Positions 1-8,979 of a stretch of 64,000 bases of DNA are shown here, piece by piece. Origin of the DNA: Candidatus Latescibacterota bacterium (GTDB lineage Bacteria > Latescibacterota > UBA2968 > GCA-2709665). The DNA is taken from positions 448,001 through 512,000 of the forward strand of contig OZ252100.1 in assembly GCA_965248435.1 (NCBI GenBank). Direction: 5' to 3'. The notes under the pieces are model-generated. The model made no database searches. It was not told the origin of the DNA and saw only the letters and a program-made list of their open reading frames with translations. Each line of letters starts with the position of its first letter. Position 1 is the first letter of the stretch. The position numbers and the translations under genes were made by a program.

Positions 1-497
1 TTGAGTGTTGAGTCCACGATTCTACAGCCATCCATCATAGCTCCACACAGATCCGTACGCTCTAACACAGCACCTGAAAGGTCTGCGTCACGGAGATTGG
101 CCTGGCACAATTGAGAATGCCTTAGATTTGCCCCAGAAAGGTTAGCTCCCCGAAGATCTGCGCCAAACAAGCACCAATTGCTGAGGTCCTCTCCCGACAA
201 ATCCGCACCTTTGAGTTCACCATTCAAGAAAACTCTTTGTTTTCGGCTATGATTGACCAGGCTTTCTGCGGTGATCTCACCATCTGTCTCATTTTCAATG
301 AATTCAGCCAATACACTGGCAGTACCATTTCTCATCCTGTTTACCTTGTCATTGATCGCCCTGCTAACCGTATCTCGGCTCACTTTGTGCCCGTGCTGAC
401 TTGTCCACGCTTCCACGTATTCAAGCTTGAAACCCTGCGTCTTGTATAGCGATTTCAACGTATTCGAAATGCGCCTGGCGACGAAGACTCCGGTCAT
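1..497 (-). CDS. Pentapeptide-repeat protein with N-terminal XRE/Cro-like HTH region (partial, runs off window start)
   Basis: Manual translation from ATG 497: MTGVFVARRISNTLKSLYKTQGFKLEYVEAWTSQHGHKVSRDTVSRAINDKVNRMRNGTASVLAEFI...LKGADLSGEDLSNWCLFGADLRGANLSGANLRHSQLCQANLRDADLSGAVLERTDLCGA. Clear A(D/N)Lxx repeats; no stop before position 1. Alternative start ATG 335. Confidence 0.8.
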   Translation of the reverse strand, partial: MTGVFVARRISNTLKSLYKTQGFKLEYVEAWTSQHGHKVSRDTVSRAINDKVNRMRNGTASVLAEFIENETDGEITAESLVNHSRKQRVFLNGELKGADLSGEDLSNWCLFGADLRGANLSGANLRHSQLCQANLRDADLSGAVLERTDLCGAMMDGCRIVDSTL

Positions 498-950
498 GTC
501 CAGTTTCCTAATATGAAAACGTCTGAACGAAATCCCTATGTTTCGTGCTCATAGGAGGGTATAATTTAGAAGCGTTGCGGGAGTATATACTCTAGCGACA
601 CCAACAGGCTGAGGAACGTTCTGCCTCCAAGCTGGCGCTCCTTGGCCTATTATTTTGCTCGCATTAATTTGTGGTGATATGGGCGAAAAGTCAAGATTTC
701 GTTTCAGAGAGCCCTTATCCCCTTTGATAGCAACAGATTCGCATCAGCACCCCTTCCGACAAAAGCCCATTATTTTCTTACCCTCACCTGATCGTTTTCG
801 ACCCATTCTTGGCCAAAGCCCGGCAACCCGCTGCTCTCAGTACGTTTGTGCTTGATCTGCCCAGTCTTGGTTGTTACCCTTTCTCGCCAGCAGCTGCTAG
901 CCATTCCAGCATCGATCCTCTCTGATCCGTAAAACGCACCGCTCCCAGCT

Positions 951-2423
951 ATGTCCACCAAACCCTTCTCCCAAATCGGTCGTATAAAGAGCGTCGATCA
1001 GTTTCGCGAAACTGTCGCTCAACTCGGCCTGGACATACCGTGCGACGACGATATCCTGACCGAACCTGAATCCCCCCTGTCCCATCCATGCCAACTTGGT
1101 GATTTCCAGATCGGGAATCGCTTCGCCATCCAGCCGATGGAAGGCTGGGACGGTACGGCGGACGGAAACCCGACAGATTTCGTCACCCGCCGCTGGCGCA
1201 ACTTCGGATTGAGCGGGGCAAAGCTCATCTGGGGGGGTGAGGCCGTGGCCGTCTGCCACAGCGGTCGCGCGAATCCGAATCAACTCGTGAGCGGCGATCA
1301 CACCCGTGAAGGCATCGGGAGACTGCTGGAGGCGCTCCAGGAGACGCACCGGGAACAGGTCGGGTCGACGGACGACCTTCTGGTCGGGCTGCAGCTGACA
1401 CACTCAGGACGTTTCTGCCAACCCAACACCAAAGGCAAACCAGAGCCCAAGATCCTCTATCACCACCCGATTCTGGATCGCAAGTTCAACGTCGACCCCG
1501 AAATGCCGGTTCTGACGGACGATGAAATTCGGCGCATCATCGAGAACTATCTGGAAGCCGCTCGAATGGCCTGCGAACTCGGGTTTCGGTTCGTCGACGT
1601 CAAACACTGCCACGGCTACCTTGGACACGAATTCCTGAGCGCCTTCACGCGTCCGGGGCGATATGGCGGCAGCTTCGAGAACCGAACTCGATTTCTTAAA
1701 GAGATTGTTCAGGGCATTCGAGCGAGCGTCCCGAATCTCGAAATCGGCGTTCGCCTGAGTGCCTTCGACTTCGTACCCTTTCGTGCCGACACGGCGACGG
1801 ACAGCGGTCGCGGTGTGCCCGAGAACTTCTCCGAGTACCTCCCCTATCAGTTCGGTTTCGGTGTCGACAGGGGCGATCCGCTTAGCTTAGACCTCACAGA
1901 GACCTTCCTGTTCCTGGACCTGCTTGCAGAGCTGGATATCCGAATGGTGAACATCACCGCGGGAAGCCCGTATTACACGCCTCACATCCAGCGTCCCGCC
2001 CTTTATCCCCCATCAGACGGCTACCAGCCCCCTGAGGATCCCCTCGCCGGGGTTGCACGTCAGATCGACGCCACGGCACAGATCAAGGCCCGATATCCCG
2101 ACTTTCTCCTCGTCGGTTCGGCCTACTCCTACCTTCAGGAATATCTCCCTCACGTGGCCCAGTCCGTAGTGCGTGACGGAAAGGTGGACTTCGTCGGGCT
2201 GGGCCGGATGGTACTCTCCTATCCCGAACTCCCACACGACGTGTTGACCAAAGGCAAGCTGACCAAGCGAAAGATCTGCCGGACGTTCAGCGACTGCACA
2301 ACCGGACCCCGAAACCACCTCATATCAGGCTGCTTCCCGTTGGATCCCTTCTACAAAAAATCCCCCGAAGGCGAACGCCTGCGGGAGATCAAGAAGAAAT
2401 TGCGAATATCGAACGTCGAATGA
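951..2423 (+). CDS. NADH:flavin oxidoreductase (old yellow enzyme family)
   Basis: NRFAIQPMEG, QLTHSGR, DVKHCHGYLGHEFLS, YGGSFENRTRFLKEIV and DFVGLGR motifs. Confidence 0.9.
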   Translation: MSTKPFSQIGRIKSVDQFRETVAQLGLDIPCDDDILTEPESPLSHPCQLGDFQIGNRFAIQPMEGWDGTADGNPTDFVTRRWRNFGLSGAKLIWGGEAVAVCHSGRANPNQLVSGDHTREGIGRLLEALQETHREQVGSTDDLLVGLQLTHSGRFCQPNTKGKPEPKILYHHPILDRKFNVDPEMPVLTDDEIRRIIENYLEAARMACELGFRFVDVKHCHGYLGHEFLSAFTRPGRYGGSFENRTRFLKEIVQGIRASVPNLEIGVRLSAFDFVPFRADTATDSGRGVPENFSEYLPYQFGFGVDRGDPLSLDLTETFLFLDLLAELDIRMVNITAGSPYYTPHIQRPALYPPSDGYQPPEDPLAGVARQIDATAQIKARYPDFLLVGSAYSYLQEYLPHVAQSVVRDGKVDFVGLGRMVLSYPELPHDVLTKGKLTKRKICRTFSDCTTGPRNHLISGCFPLDPFYKKSPEGERLREIKKKLRISNVE

Positions 2424-2518
2424 TGAATTTAGAATCTCGAAGGAAAAGCGGTCAAGAATGACTCAAGGGTTCTTCCTTCAACGTTTGATATTCTGCGGTT
2501 CGACATTCATCATTCGAC
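2403..2518. repeat. Inverted pair of degenerate heptamer arrays (NGAAYNN) between convergent genes
   Basis: Left: cgaatat cgaacgt cgaatga tgaattt agaatct cgaagga. Right (reverse complement): cgaatga tgaatgt cgaaccgc agaatat caaacgt tgaagga. Confidence 0.75.
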
Positions 2519-2526
2519 TCTTCTTT

Positions 2527-3321
2527 TCAGGGTGCTCCCTTCAGCACAAACACCTCCTCGAGGTTCGCGAAGTTTACGCCCGCCTCAAGGATCACCTCGC
2601 GAAAGAGCCCACTCTCTTCCTCACCCAGTTCGGAAACCTTCCCCACGAGCAGTCCCTTCGGGAAAACGCCTCCGAGCCCGGATGACACCACGATGTCCTC
2701 TTCCTGGATGTCGACTCTAACCGGAACGTACTTCAGGTAGAAGGTGCCATTCTCACAGACCACGACGCCCTGAGCCCGCGCTGACTGCTGAACCACCGCA
2801 CTCACACGGCAGTTTCGATCCAGGAGCAACTGAACCACCGCTGTCCCATCGTGGGCTTCGAGCACGCGGCCAACCAGCCCGTCTGCTGTCACGACCGGCA
2901 TCCGATCCTGCACACCATCCTTGCGGCCCACATCTACGAGGATGGTATTGGCAACTCGATCAGCATCCCGGGCGATGACCCTTCCGGCGAGGAAGCCTTC
3001 CGCATCGACTTCCCGGGTCTTGAAGTTCAGCAGACCGTGAAGTCGGATGTTTTCGAACCGCGCCTCTCTGAGTTCCATCAACTCCAGAGAGAGACGCAGG
3101 TTCTGCTCCCGCAGAACCTGGTTTTCAAACCGTAGACCCGCGATGTCCATCGGCCACGTAAAGAGCCAGTGACCGGCCTTCAATAACTCGGTCGTAACCC
3201 CGCGGGCCAGACCCAGCTTTTTCGACGGCCCCAGTGCAATCAAGACCAGAGAAACGAGCAGGGTCAAGCTTAGCGCAACATACGCCTTGTTGACGCCCAG
3301 GAAGTGATAGAAGCGCTGCAT
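2527..3321 (-). CDS. mreC: Rod shape-determining protein MreC
   Basis: N-terminal TM helix, coiled coil (ENQVLREQN...ENIRLHGLL), GLVGRV and SSGLGGVFPKGLLVG; directly after mreB. Confidence 0.93.
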   Translation of the reverse strand: MQRFYHFLGVNKAYVALSLTLLVSLVLIALGPSKKLGLARGVTTELLKAGHWLFTWPMDIAGLRFENQVLREQNLRLSLELMELREARFENIRLHGLLNFKTREVDAEGFLAGRVIARDADRVANTILVDVGRKDGVQDRMPVVTADGLVGRVLEAHDGTAVVQLLLDRNCRVSAVVQQSARAQGVVVCENGTFYLKYVPVRVDIQEEDIVVSSGLGGVFPKGLLVGKVSELGEEESGLFREVILEAGVNFANLEEVFVLKGAP

Positions 3322-3325
3322 TTAG

Positions 3326-4345
3326 CTACATGAGCACCTTTTGATACGATTCGATATTTTCCAGAATCCTGCCCGTCCCCCGAACGACGCAGGTAAGCGG
3401 ATCTTCTGCAACGATAACGGGGAGACTGGTTTCCTCCACTAGACGCCGATCGAGGCCGCGCAGCAACGCGCCTCCCCCCGTCATGATGATGCCCCGATCC
3501 AGGATATCGGCGGCAAGTTCCGGGGGTGTCTGTTCCAGGGTCTGGCGCACCGCGTCGATGATAGCATCTACATCCTCTTTCAGTGCATCCCTGATCTCGG
3601 AAGAGTCCACGACGATCGTTTTCGGGATCGAGGAGACCAGGTCCAACCCCCTGCAGGTATGCTGAATCTCGGTCTCGAGGATCCCGGCAGAACCCACGGA
3701 GCACTTGATCTCTTCGGCACTCCGGTCCCCGACGAGCAGGCTGTGCTTTCGTTTGAGGAACTGCACGATTGCGTCATTCAGTTCGTCACCGCCGACTTTG
3801 ATCGACCTCCAGGTCACGATCCCAGAGAGCGCGATCACCGCGATCTCCGTCGTGCCTCCGCCGATGTCGATCACCATCGAACCGACCGGATCTTCAACCG
3901 GAAGTCCGATTCCAACCGCAGCAGCCATCGGTTCCTTGATCAGGTAGACGTCACGTGCGCCAGCGCGTTCTGCAGATTCTCGAACCGCTCGCTTTTCGAC
4001 CTCGGTCACACCGGAGGGCACGCAGATGACAATCCTTGGTCGCACCAGGAGCTTGTTTTTTTGAACTTTTTTGATGAAAAACCGGAGCATCTCCTCCGTA
4101 ACTTCAAAATCGGCAATCACACCGTCCCGCAGGGGGCGAACGACGAGGATGTCCGGGTTCTCACGTCCCATCATCTCCTTGGCGCCCTTCCCGATGGCCA
4201 ACGGCTTCCCGGTCTTGGTCTCCAGGGCCACGATCGAGGGCTCGTTCACGACAATGCCCTCTCCCTTCACATATACGAGTGTGTTTGCCGTTCCGAGATC
4301 GATGCCGATATCGTTCGAGAGCAGCTTCGAAAGAGAGAATCCCAT
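3326..4345 (-). CDS. mreB: Rod shape-determining protein MreB
   Basis: IGIDLGTANTLVY, RPLRDGVIADFE, DIGGGTTEIAVI, TPPELAADI, TGGGALL. Confidence 0.97.
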   Translation of the reverse strand: MGFSLSKLLSNDIGIDLGTANTLVYVKGEGIVVNEPSIVALETKTGKPLAIGKGAKEMMGRENPDILVVRPLRDGVIADFEVTEEMLRFFIKKVQKNKLLVRPRIVICVPSGVTEVEKRAVRESAERAGARDVYLIKEPMAAAVGIGLPVEDPVGSMVIDIGGGTTEIAVIALSGIVTWRSIKVGGDELNDAIVQFLKRKHSLLVGDRSAEEIKCSVGSAGILETEIQHTCRGLDLVSSIPKTIVVDSSEIRDALKEDVDAIIDAVRQTLEQTPPELAADILDRGIIMTGGGALLRGLDRRLVEETSLPVIVAEDPLTCVVRGTGRILENIESYQKVLM

Positions 4346-4352
4346 AACTCCC

Positions 4353-4949
4353 CTAACACTGAACGAGGACGCGACTCAGATAAGCCGCGATGGTCTGGTC
4401 GTAATGTGCGGTATGTTCAAACGCTTTGATGCAGAGCCGGGTCCGAGTGGCCTCTGACACCGAGCCCGCTGCTTCGAGTTCTGAGGCAACCCCAGGATAG
4501 TCGTCGGGATCTACGATCACGGTGACGAATGCATGGTTTTTGGCCGCGCTCCTGAGCATCGCGGGACCGCCGATGTCGATCTGTTCGATCGCCTCGTCGA
4601 TCGTCACATCAGCCCTGGCCACCGTCTCCTCGAACGGATAAAGATTCACCGCCAGAAGATCGATCATGCGGATGTCGTGGGCCTCGGCATCCCCAACGTG
4701 CCCGGGGTGATCGCGCCTGGCCAGCAGCCCTCCGTGAATACGAGGATGAAGCGTCTTGACGCGACCTTCCATCATCTCCGGGAATCCCGTGACTTCAGAA
4801 ACGTCCTTGACGGGCAGGCCGCCTTCTCGTAGCACCCCGGCAGTGCCCCCCGTGGACAGGATCTCGATCCCGATATTCGAGAGGCGGGTCCCGAAATCTA
4901 CTATGCCCCGCCTGTCAGACACACTGAACAGCGCCCGATTTACCGACAA
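4353..4949 (-). CDS. purH: IMP cyclohydrolase (PurH N-terminal MGS-like domain only; no AICAR transformylase domain)
   Basis: RALFSVSD, LSTGGTA, TGFPEMMEGRVKTLHPRIHGGLL, VNLYPF, IDIGGPAMLRSAAKN, KAFEHTAHYD; stops after 198 aa, 7 nt before mreB. Confidence 0.85.
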   Translation of the reverse strand: MSVNRALFSVSDRRGIVDFGTRLSNIGIEILSTGGTAGVLREGGLPVKDVSEVTGFPEMMEGRVKTLHPRIHGGLLARRDHPGHVGDAEAHDIRMIDLLAVNLYPFEETVARADVTIDEAIEQIDIGGPAMLRSAAKNHAFVTVIVDPDDYPGVASELEAAGSVSEATRTRLCIKAFEHTAHYDQTIAAYLSRVLVQC

Positions 4950-4963
4950 AGAGCCAAACCTCG

Positions 4964-5842
4964 CTATCCAAGCAGCCGATCCCGGGCCTGCCGGTATTTG
5001 TCCAATGTCTGTTCAACAATTTCATCCGGCAGGGCCGGTGCCGGGGGTGTCTTGTCCCAGTCTACGGAATCGAGATAGTCTCTCACAAACTGCTTGTCGA
5101 AACTATCCTGTGAGCGTCCGGGCTCGTAAATCGATTTGTCCCAGAACCTGGAAGAATCCGGTGAAAGAATCTCGTCGATCAGGATGATGTCGCCGTTCAA
5201 GAGCCCGAACTCGAACTTGGTGTCTGCAATGATGATGCCGGTGGAATCTGCAAAGTCACGCGCAAAGGAGTAGATCGCGAGCGTCAGGTCCCTGAGCTTC
5301 CCACCCAGTTCAGGGGTTGTGATCTCACACATCTCTTCAAATGAGATATTTTCGTCGTGTCCGCTTTCCGCCTTTGTCGCCGGCGTGAATATCGGTTCCC
5401 CCAGCAGACTCGACTCCTTCAGCCCTTCGGGAAGCGAGATGCCGCAGACGCTTTGACCCTCTCGATACTCTCGCCAACCCGACCCCGCCAGGTATCCCCG
5501 CGCAACACATTCCACGTCGATCCGCTCCGCCTTTGCCACAAGCATAGACCGCCCTTCCAGCTGATCTCCATACCCCTTCAGCTCCTCAGGATAGGCCTCC
5601 ACGTCTGCGGTGATCAGGTGGTTCCGGACGATAGGCGCTGTCTTTTCGAACCAGAACAGTGACATTTCAGTCAGGATCTTGCCCTTGTCGGGAATCCCAT
5701 TGGGCATCACGACATCATAGGCCGATATCCGATCCGTGGCGACGATCAGAAGGCGGTCGCCGAGGTCATACACGTCCCTGACCTTCCCCTTCGCGAAAAG
5801 GGGCAGATCTCCGAGCTTAGACTCCTTCAATGCCTTTTCCAT
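4964..5842 (-). CDS. purC: Phosphoribosylaminoimidazole-succinocarboxamide (SAICAR) synthase
   Basis: KGKVRDVY, ATDRISAYD, FTPATKA, ADTKFEFG, DEILSPDSSRFW, SFDKQFVRD. Confidence 0.96.
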   Translation of the reverse strand: MEKALKESKLGDLPLFAKGKVRDVYDLGDRLLIVATDRISAYDVVMPNGIPDKGKILTEMSLFWFEKTAPIVRNHLITADVEAYPEELKGYGDQLEGRSMLVAKAERIDVECVARGYLAGSGWREYREGQSVCGISLPEGLKESSLLGEPIFTPATKAESGHDENISFEEMCEITTPELGGKLRDLTLAIYSFARDFADSTGIIIADTKFEFGLLNGDIILIDEILSPDSSRFWDKSIYEPGRSQDSFDKQFVRDYLDSVDWDKTPPAPALPDEIVEQTLDKYRQARDRLLG

Positions 5843-5872
5843 ATACGCCTCTTATAAACTTACACCTTCACT

Positions 5873-6541
5873 CTACTCATCATTGCGAAGGATTCGGACC
5901 TCATCCCCCGCAACGCCAACCTTCCCTTCAGCGAACCAGCGAATCACCTCCGGATAGAACCGGTGTTCCACTTCCAGGACCCGCGCAGCCAGGGACTCAG
6001 GCGTATCCTCGGGATTTACTTTGACCGTCTCCTGTGCGACGACCCGGCCGTGGTCGTATTCTTCGTCCACGATGTGTACGCTGACTCCGGTGACTTCGAC
6101 CCCACTCTTGATCACGGCTTCGTGCACTCGAAGGCCAAACATCCCCTTTCCGCCGAACGCCGGCAGAAGCGCAGGATGCACGTTCAGGATCCGATTTGCG
6201 TATGCCTCGAGCACTTTTGGACCGAGTTTCTTCACGTAACCAGCCAACACAACAAGGTCCACCTGATGTTCCTGAAGAGCTTCAACGATCGCCCGGTCCA
6301 GCGCTTTCGGCTTCGGATGGGTACGACTGCTCAGATGCAGAACGGGGATACCTACACGCCGAGCCCGGTCTAGGGCCTTCGACCTGCTGTTGTTGCCGAT
6401 CACAACGCCCACTCGGATGGGGAGTTCGCCAGATGCCTTTCGGTCCAGGATCGCCTGGAGGTTGGTCCCGCCTCCAGAGGCAAGCACACCCAGACAGAAA
6501 GATGCCTCATCATTCGAATGAGTACGGCCTACCGAAGACAT
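5873..6541 (-). CDS. purN: Phosphoribosylglycinamide formyltransferase
   Basis: LASGGGTNLQAI, VVLAGY, LNVHPALLPAFGG, GVSVHIVDEEYDHG, EHRFYP. Confidence 0.95.
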   Translation of the reverse strand: MSSVGRTHSNDEASFCLGVLASGGGTNLQAILDRKASGELPIRVGVVIGNNSRSKALDRARRVGIPVLHLSSRTHPKPKALDRAIVEALQEHQVDLVVLAGYVKKLGPKVLEAYANRILNVHPALLPAFGGKGMFGLRVHEAVIKSGVEVTGVSVHIVDEEYDHGRVVAQETVKVNPEDTPESLAARVLEVEHRFYPEVIRWFAEGKVGVAGDEVRILRNDE

Positions 6542-6764
6542 GCCGAATAATTGAATCCAAAGATGGAATCGACAAGAATTTGATCGAAACTTTCCGGAGT
6601 TGAGAGGAACAAAGGGTAGGACACTTACAAAACTTCAAGGTCCCGAGGACGCTATACGGGGGAGCCCCGAAATCCCGGGAGAGGAATCGTGAACGTGACC
6701 TAAAACCCGCTACGCACGACCACGGACCGCGAAAACCATAATCATAAAATAACTAACCCGTTGA

Positions 6765-6793
6765 ATGATAGGTGATTGGCCCCGTAAAGTCAA
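6765..6793 (-). promoter_or_regulatory. Putative sigma70 promoter for purN-purC-purH-mreBC
   Basis: Minus strand TTGACT-17 nt-TATCAT, about 220 nt upstream of purN. Confidence 0.55.
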
Positions 6794-6805
6794 GAAATTT
6801 GGCGG

Positions 6806-7312
6806 TCATTGGCGGTCTGCCGTCTGCTTCTCCGCGACCTCGATCAGCAGCCCGTCCAGTTTTAATATGATCTCTTCTCTCTTGTCCACGATTTCCCGTT
6901 CCTGGGTAGAGATCCAGTCCACGTCGGATTCCTTCAGCGTTCCGTCGGACCTGAAGGCCGCTACATCTTCCCGGTCGAGTACCTCCATCCGGCCATCTGG
7001 GTCGAACCAGAGGTCGAGAAGAAGATCCTGGTATTCCACCTCGTCCTCTCTGACTTCCAGTGCTTTGCAAATGTGGAATAGAAACCCCTTGAGCGCGCCG
7101 TCGACCCCACACATCTTCCATACCACGTAGCCACAGCCCGTTTCGTAGTAGGCAAATGTCGTCGATCCGACTTCGAAGCGCACATCCCCAACCTTACCTG
7201 GTTCTTCGTGCACATATCTGACGAGTGCGTATCCACCGCTCTGTTTCATCAACTCGCACTCGTACTTCTCGTCGGGCTTATCGAGATGTCGCTTGATCTC
7301 GAGGTAACTCAT
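6806..7312 (-). CDS. DUF402-like protein
   Basis: GFLFHIC...VEYQDLLLDLWFDPDGRMEVLDREDV resembles the DUF402 core. Confidence 0.7.
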   Translation of the reverse strand: MSYLEIKRHLDKPDEKYECELMKQSGGYALVRYVHEEPGKVGDVRFEVGSTTFAYYETGCGYVVWKMCGVDGALKGFLFHICKALEVREDEVEYQDLLLDLWFDPDGRMEVLDREDVAAFRSDGTLKESDVDWISTQEREIVDKREEIILKLDGLLIEVAEKQTADRQ

Positions 7313-7473
7313 CCCTTAACCAGATAGCAGATCAACATCGACCCGGAGGCAATGATCCAGCAGCTCCACTGGAGAAGCTTAGACTTCACTCCTGCCATTC
7401 CCGAGGAGATCGACTGCCCCAGGTAACTGGCCAGAAAAATGACCCAGAGCAGCGCACCCCATCCCGTTATCAT
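7309..7473 (-). CDS. Small 54-aa membrane protein (two hydrophobic segments)
   Basis: MITGWGALLWVIFLASYLGQSISSGMAGVKSKLLQWSCWIIASGSMLICYLVKG*; AAGGAG RBS; stop overlaps the next start (ATGA). Confidence 0.65.
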   Translation of the reverse strand: MITGWGALLWVIFLASYLGQSISSGMAGVKSKLLQWSCWIIASGSMLICYLVKG

Positions 7474-7501
7474 TCGACGCTCCTTTCAACCCCAAATGTG
7501 A

Positions 7502-8245
7502 TCATTTTTGTAGCGCCTCTCCTGTCATTGGAACAAACCGCACGGAGATGATCTTCTCTTTCCTCAGTTCGGCCCCTTCCCTGACGAGCAGCATCAGCTC
7601 CTGCTCATCTCGGCCGAGCGGGAGCACCATTCGGCCGCCATCGCGGAGCTGGCTTACCAGGGGTTGGGGGATGTGATCGGGTGATGCCGTGACGATAATC
7701 GCATCGAACGGTGCCTTCTCCGGCCATCCGCGATAGCCGTCCCCAAGGCGGACACTGACGTTGGTGTAGCCCAGCTCGCGCAGCCTTTTTCCCGCCTGAG
7801 TCGCCAGGGGTTCAACGATTTCAATCGTGAACACACTGTCGACGTGCATCGCCAGCACCGCGGCCTGATATCCGGATCCCGTACCGACTTCCAGTACTCG
7901 ATCGCTTTTTCTCAGGTTGAGCAGCTCGGTCATAATCGCGACGATGTATGGCTGCGAAATGGTCTGCCCTTCGCCGATCGGCAGCGCACTATCGTCATAA
8001 GCTCGATCGTCTACGTCGGGTGGCACAAAAAGGTGTCGAGGCACTTCCGCCATGGCCTCGAGCACGCGTTTGGACTTGATCCCCCGCCGCTCCAGCTGGG
8101 TCTTCACCATTTTTTTTCGCATCAGCTCAAACCGTGCGTCGCCGTTCTGTCCGCGATCTTCCCCTTCTGAAACGGCGCCGCTGCACGAAGCCCCGAACAG
8201 AAGCAACATCCCGGCCCCGGCGCCCAACTTTACCCAGCCTTCCAC
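7502..8245 (-). CDS. pcm: Protein-L-isoaspartate(D-aspartate) O-methyltransferase with signal/lipoprotein-like N-terminus
   Basis: [59 protein letters not shown]. Confidence 0.93.
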   Translation of the reverse strand: MEGWVKLGAGAGMLLLFGASCSGAVSEGEDRGQNGDARFELMRKKMVKTQLERRGIKSKRVLEAMAEVPRHLFVPPDVDDRAYDDSALPIGEGQTISQPYIVAIMTELLNLRKSDRVLEVGTGSGYQAAVLAMHVDSVFTIEIVEPLATQAGKRLRELGYTNVSVRLGDGYRGWPEKAPFDAIIVTASPDHIPQPLVSQLRDGGRMVLPLGRDEQELMLLVREGAELRKEKIISVRFVPMTGEALQK

Positions 8246-8367
8246 AGGCGATGATCTCCGATGGCGTGAGAAGAAGCTATGCTTGACCGCAGGCGACGGA
8301 CCAAGGGCGGCTCAAGGCCTGAGAAATCGGCCGATCCATTTAGCGGACTCCCGGTCTGTCGCCTGAT

Positions 8368-8869
8368 TCAGGTCGACGCCTTATGCCTTTCCTTGTGATC
8401 CATTCCCGGACAGTAAGTATGTCTGCTGTCGTCGGGTGCAAGAAACAGACCGTTGCAGTAATGACAACGCCCCAATCTTCCAACAAAAGCGCCAGAAAGA
8501 AACCTGCCCAGGCTTGCGTACATCCCTGCGACTCCTTGTATGTTCGCAAAGAGAAAGGGCCTTGCTTCGAACGCGTGTGCAAGATCTGTCCAGCGAGCGT
8601 CGGGGGAAAATTGCGGGTTCGGCACGATCGTCTGGTCCATGAGCTTCAAGTTGCCGCTGATCTCCTCAGCGATCTCTGTGAAGGCGCTGAGTCTCTCTAC
8701 GCGTTCTTTGGGCATGCTGTCCAGAAAACGGTGAAGCAGGACCAACATGTGATCGACGGCGTTCCCACCATTCTCTCAGATTCAGGAACCGGACCCACTC
8801 CGCTTCCTCTTTGCTCAGGAAGGAGACAACCGGTGCTTCAATAGTCGATCGATCCTTGTTCGCTGCCAT
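8368..8869 (-). pseudogene. Hypothetical protein with C-terminal CxxC...C motif, split by a frameshift near 8761; paralog of 39576-40109
   Basis: ORF 8666-8869 (IEAPVVSFLSKEEAEWVRFLNLREWWE) and ORF 8368-8748 (MLVLLHRFLD...VPNPQFSP...RLGRCHYCNGLFLAPDD) match consecutive parts of the intact paralog. May be an assembly error. Confidence 0.7.
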
Positions 8870-8928
8870 TTAGAGAAGCGGCTCCTCACAAACTGATGGA
8901 AAATTTCAAGGGTGCACCGAATTCCGCG

Positions 8929-8960
8929 AAAAAAAAAGGCCGCCTCATCAGAGACGGCCT
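8929..8960 (-). terminator. Rho-independent terminator after the cohesin/FlgD gene
   Basis: Minus strand AGGCCGTCTC-TGAT-GAGGCGGCCT hairpin followed by a long T run. Confidence 0.8.
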
Positions 8961-8979
8961 AGATTGGTACGATCTTTGA

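Noticed and set aside
237-961. Short ORFs 237-449, 655-855 and 770-961
   Set aside because: 237-449 is antisense to the pentapeptide gene; the others lack an RBS or motifs and lie in a probable divergent promoter region.
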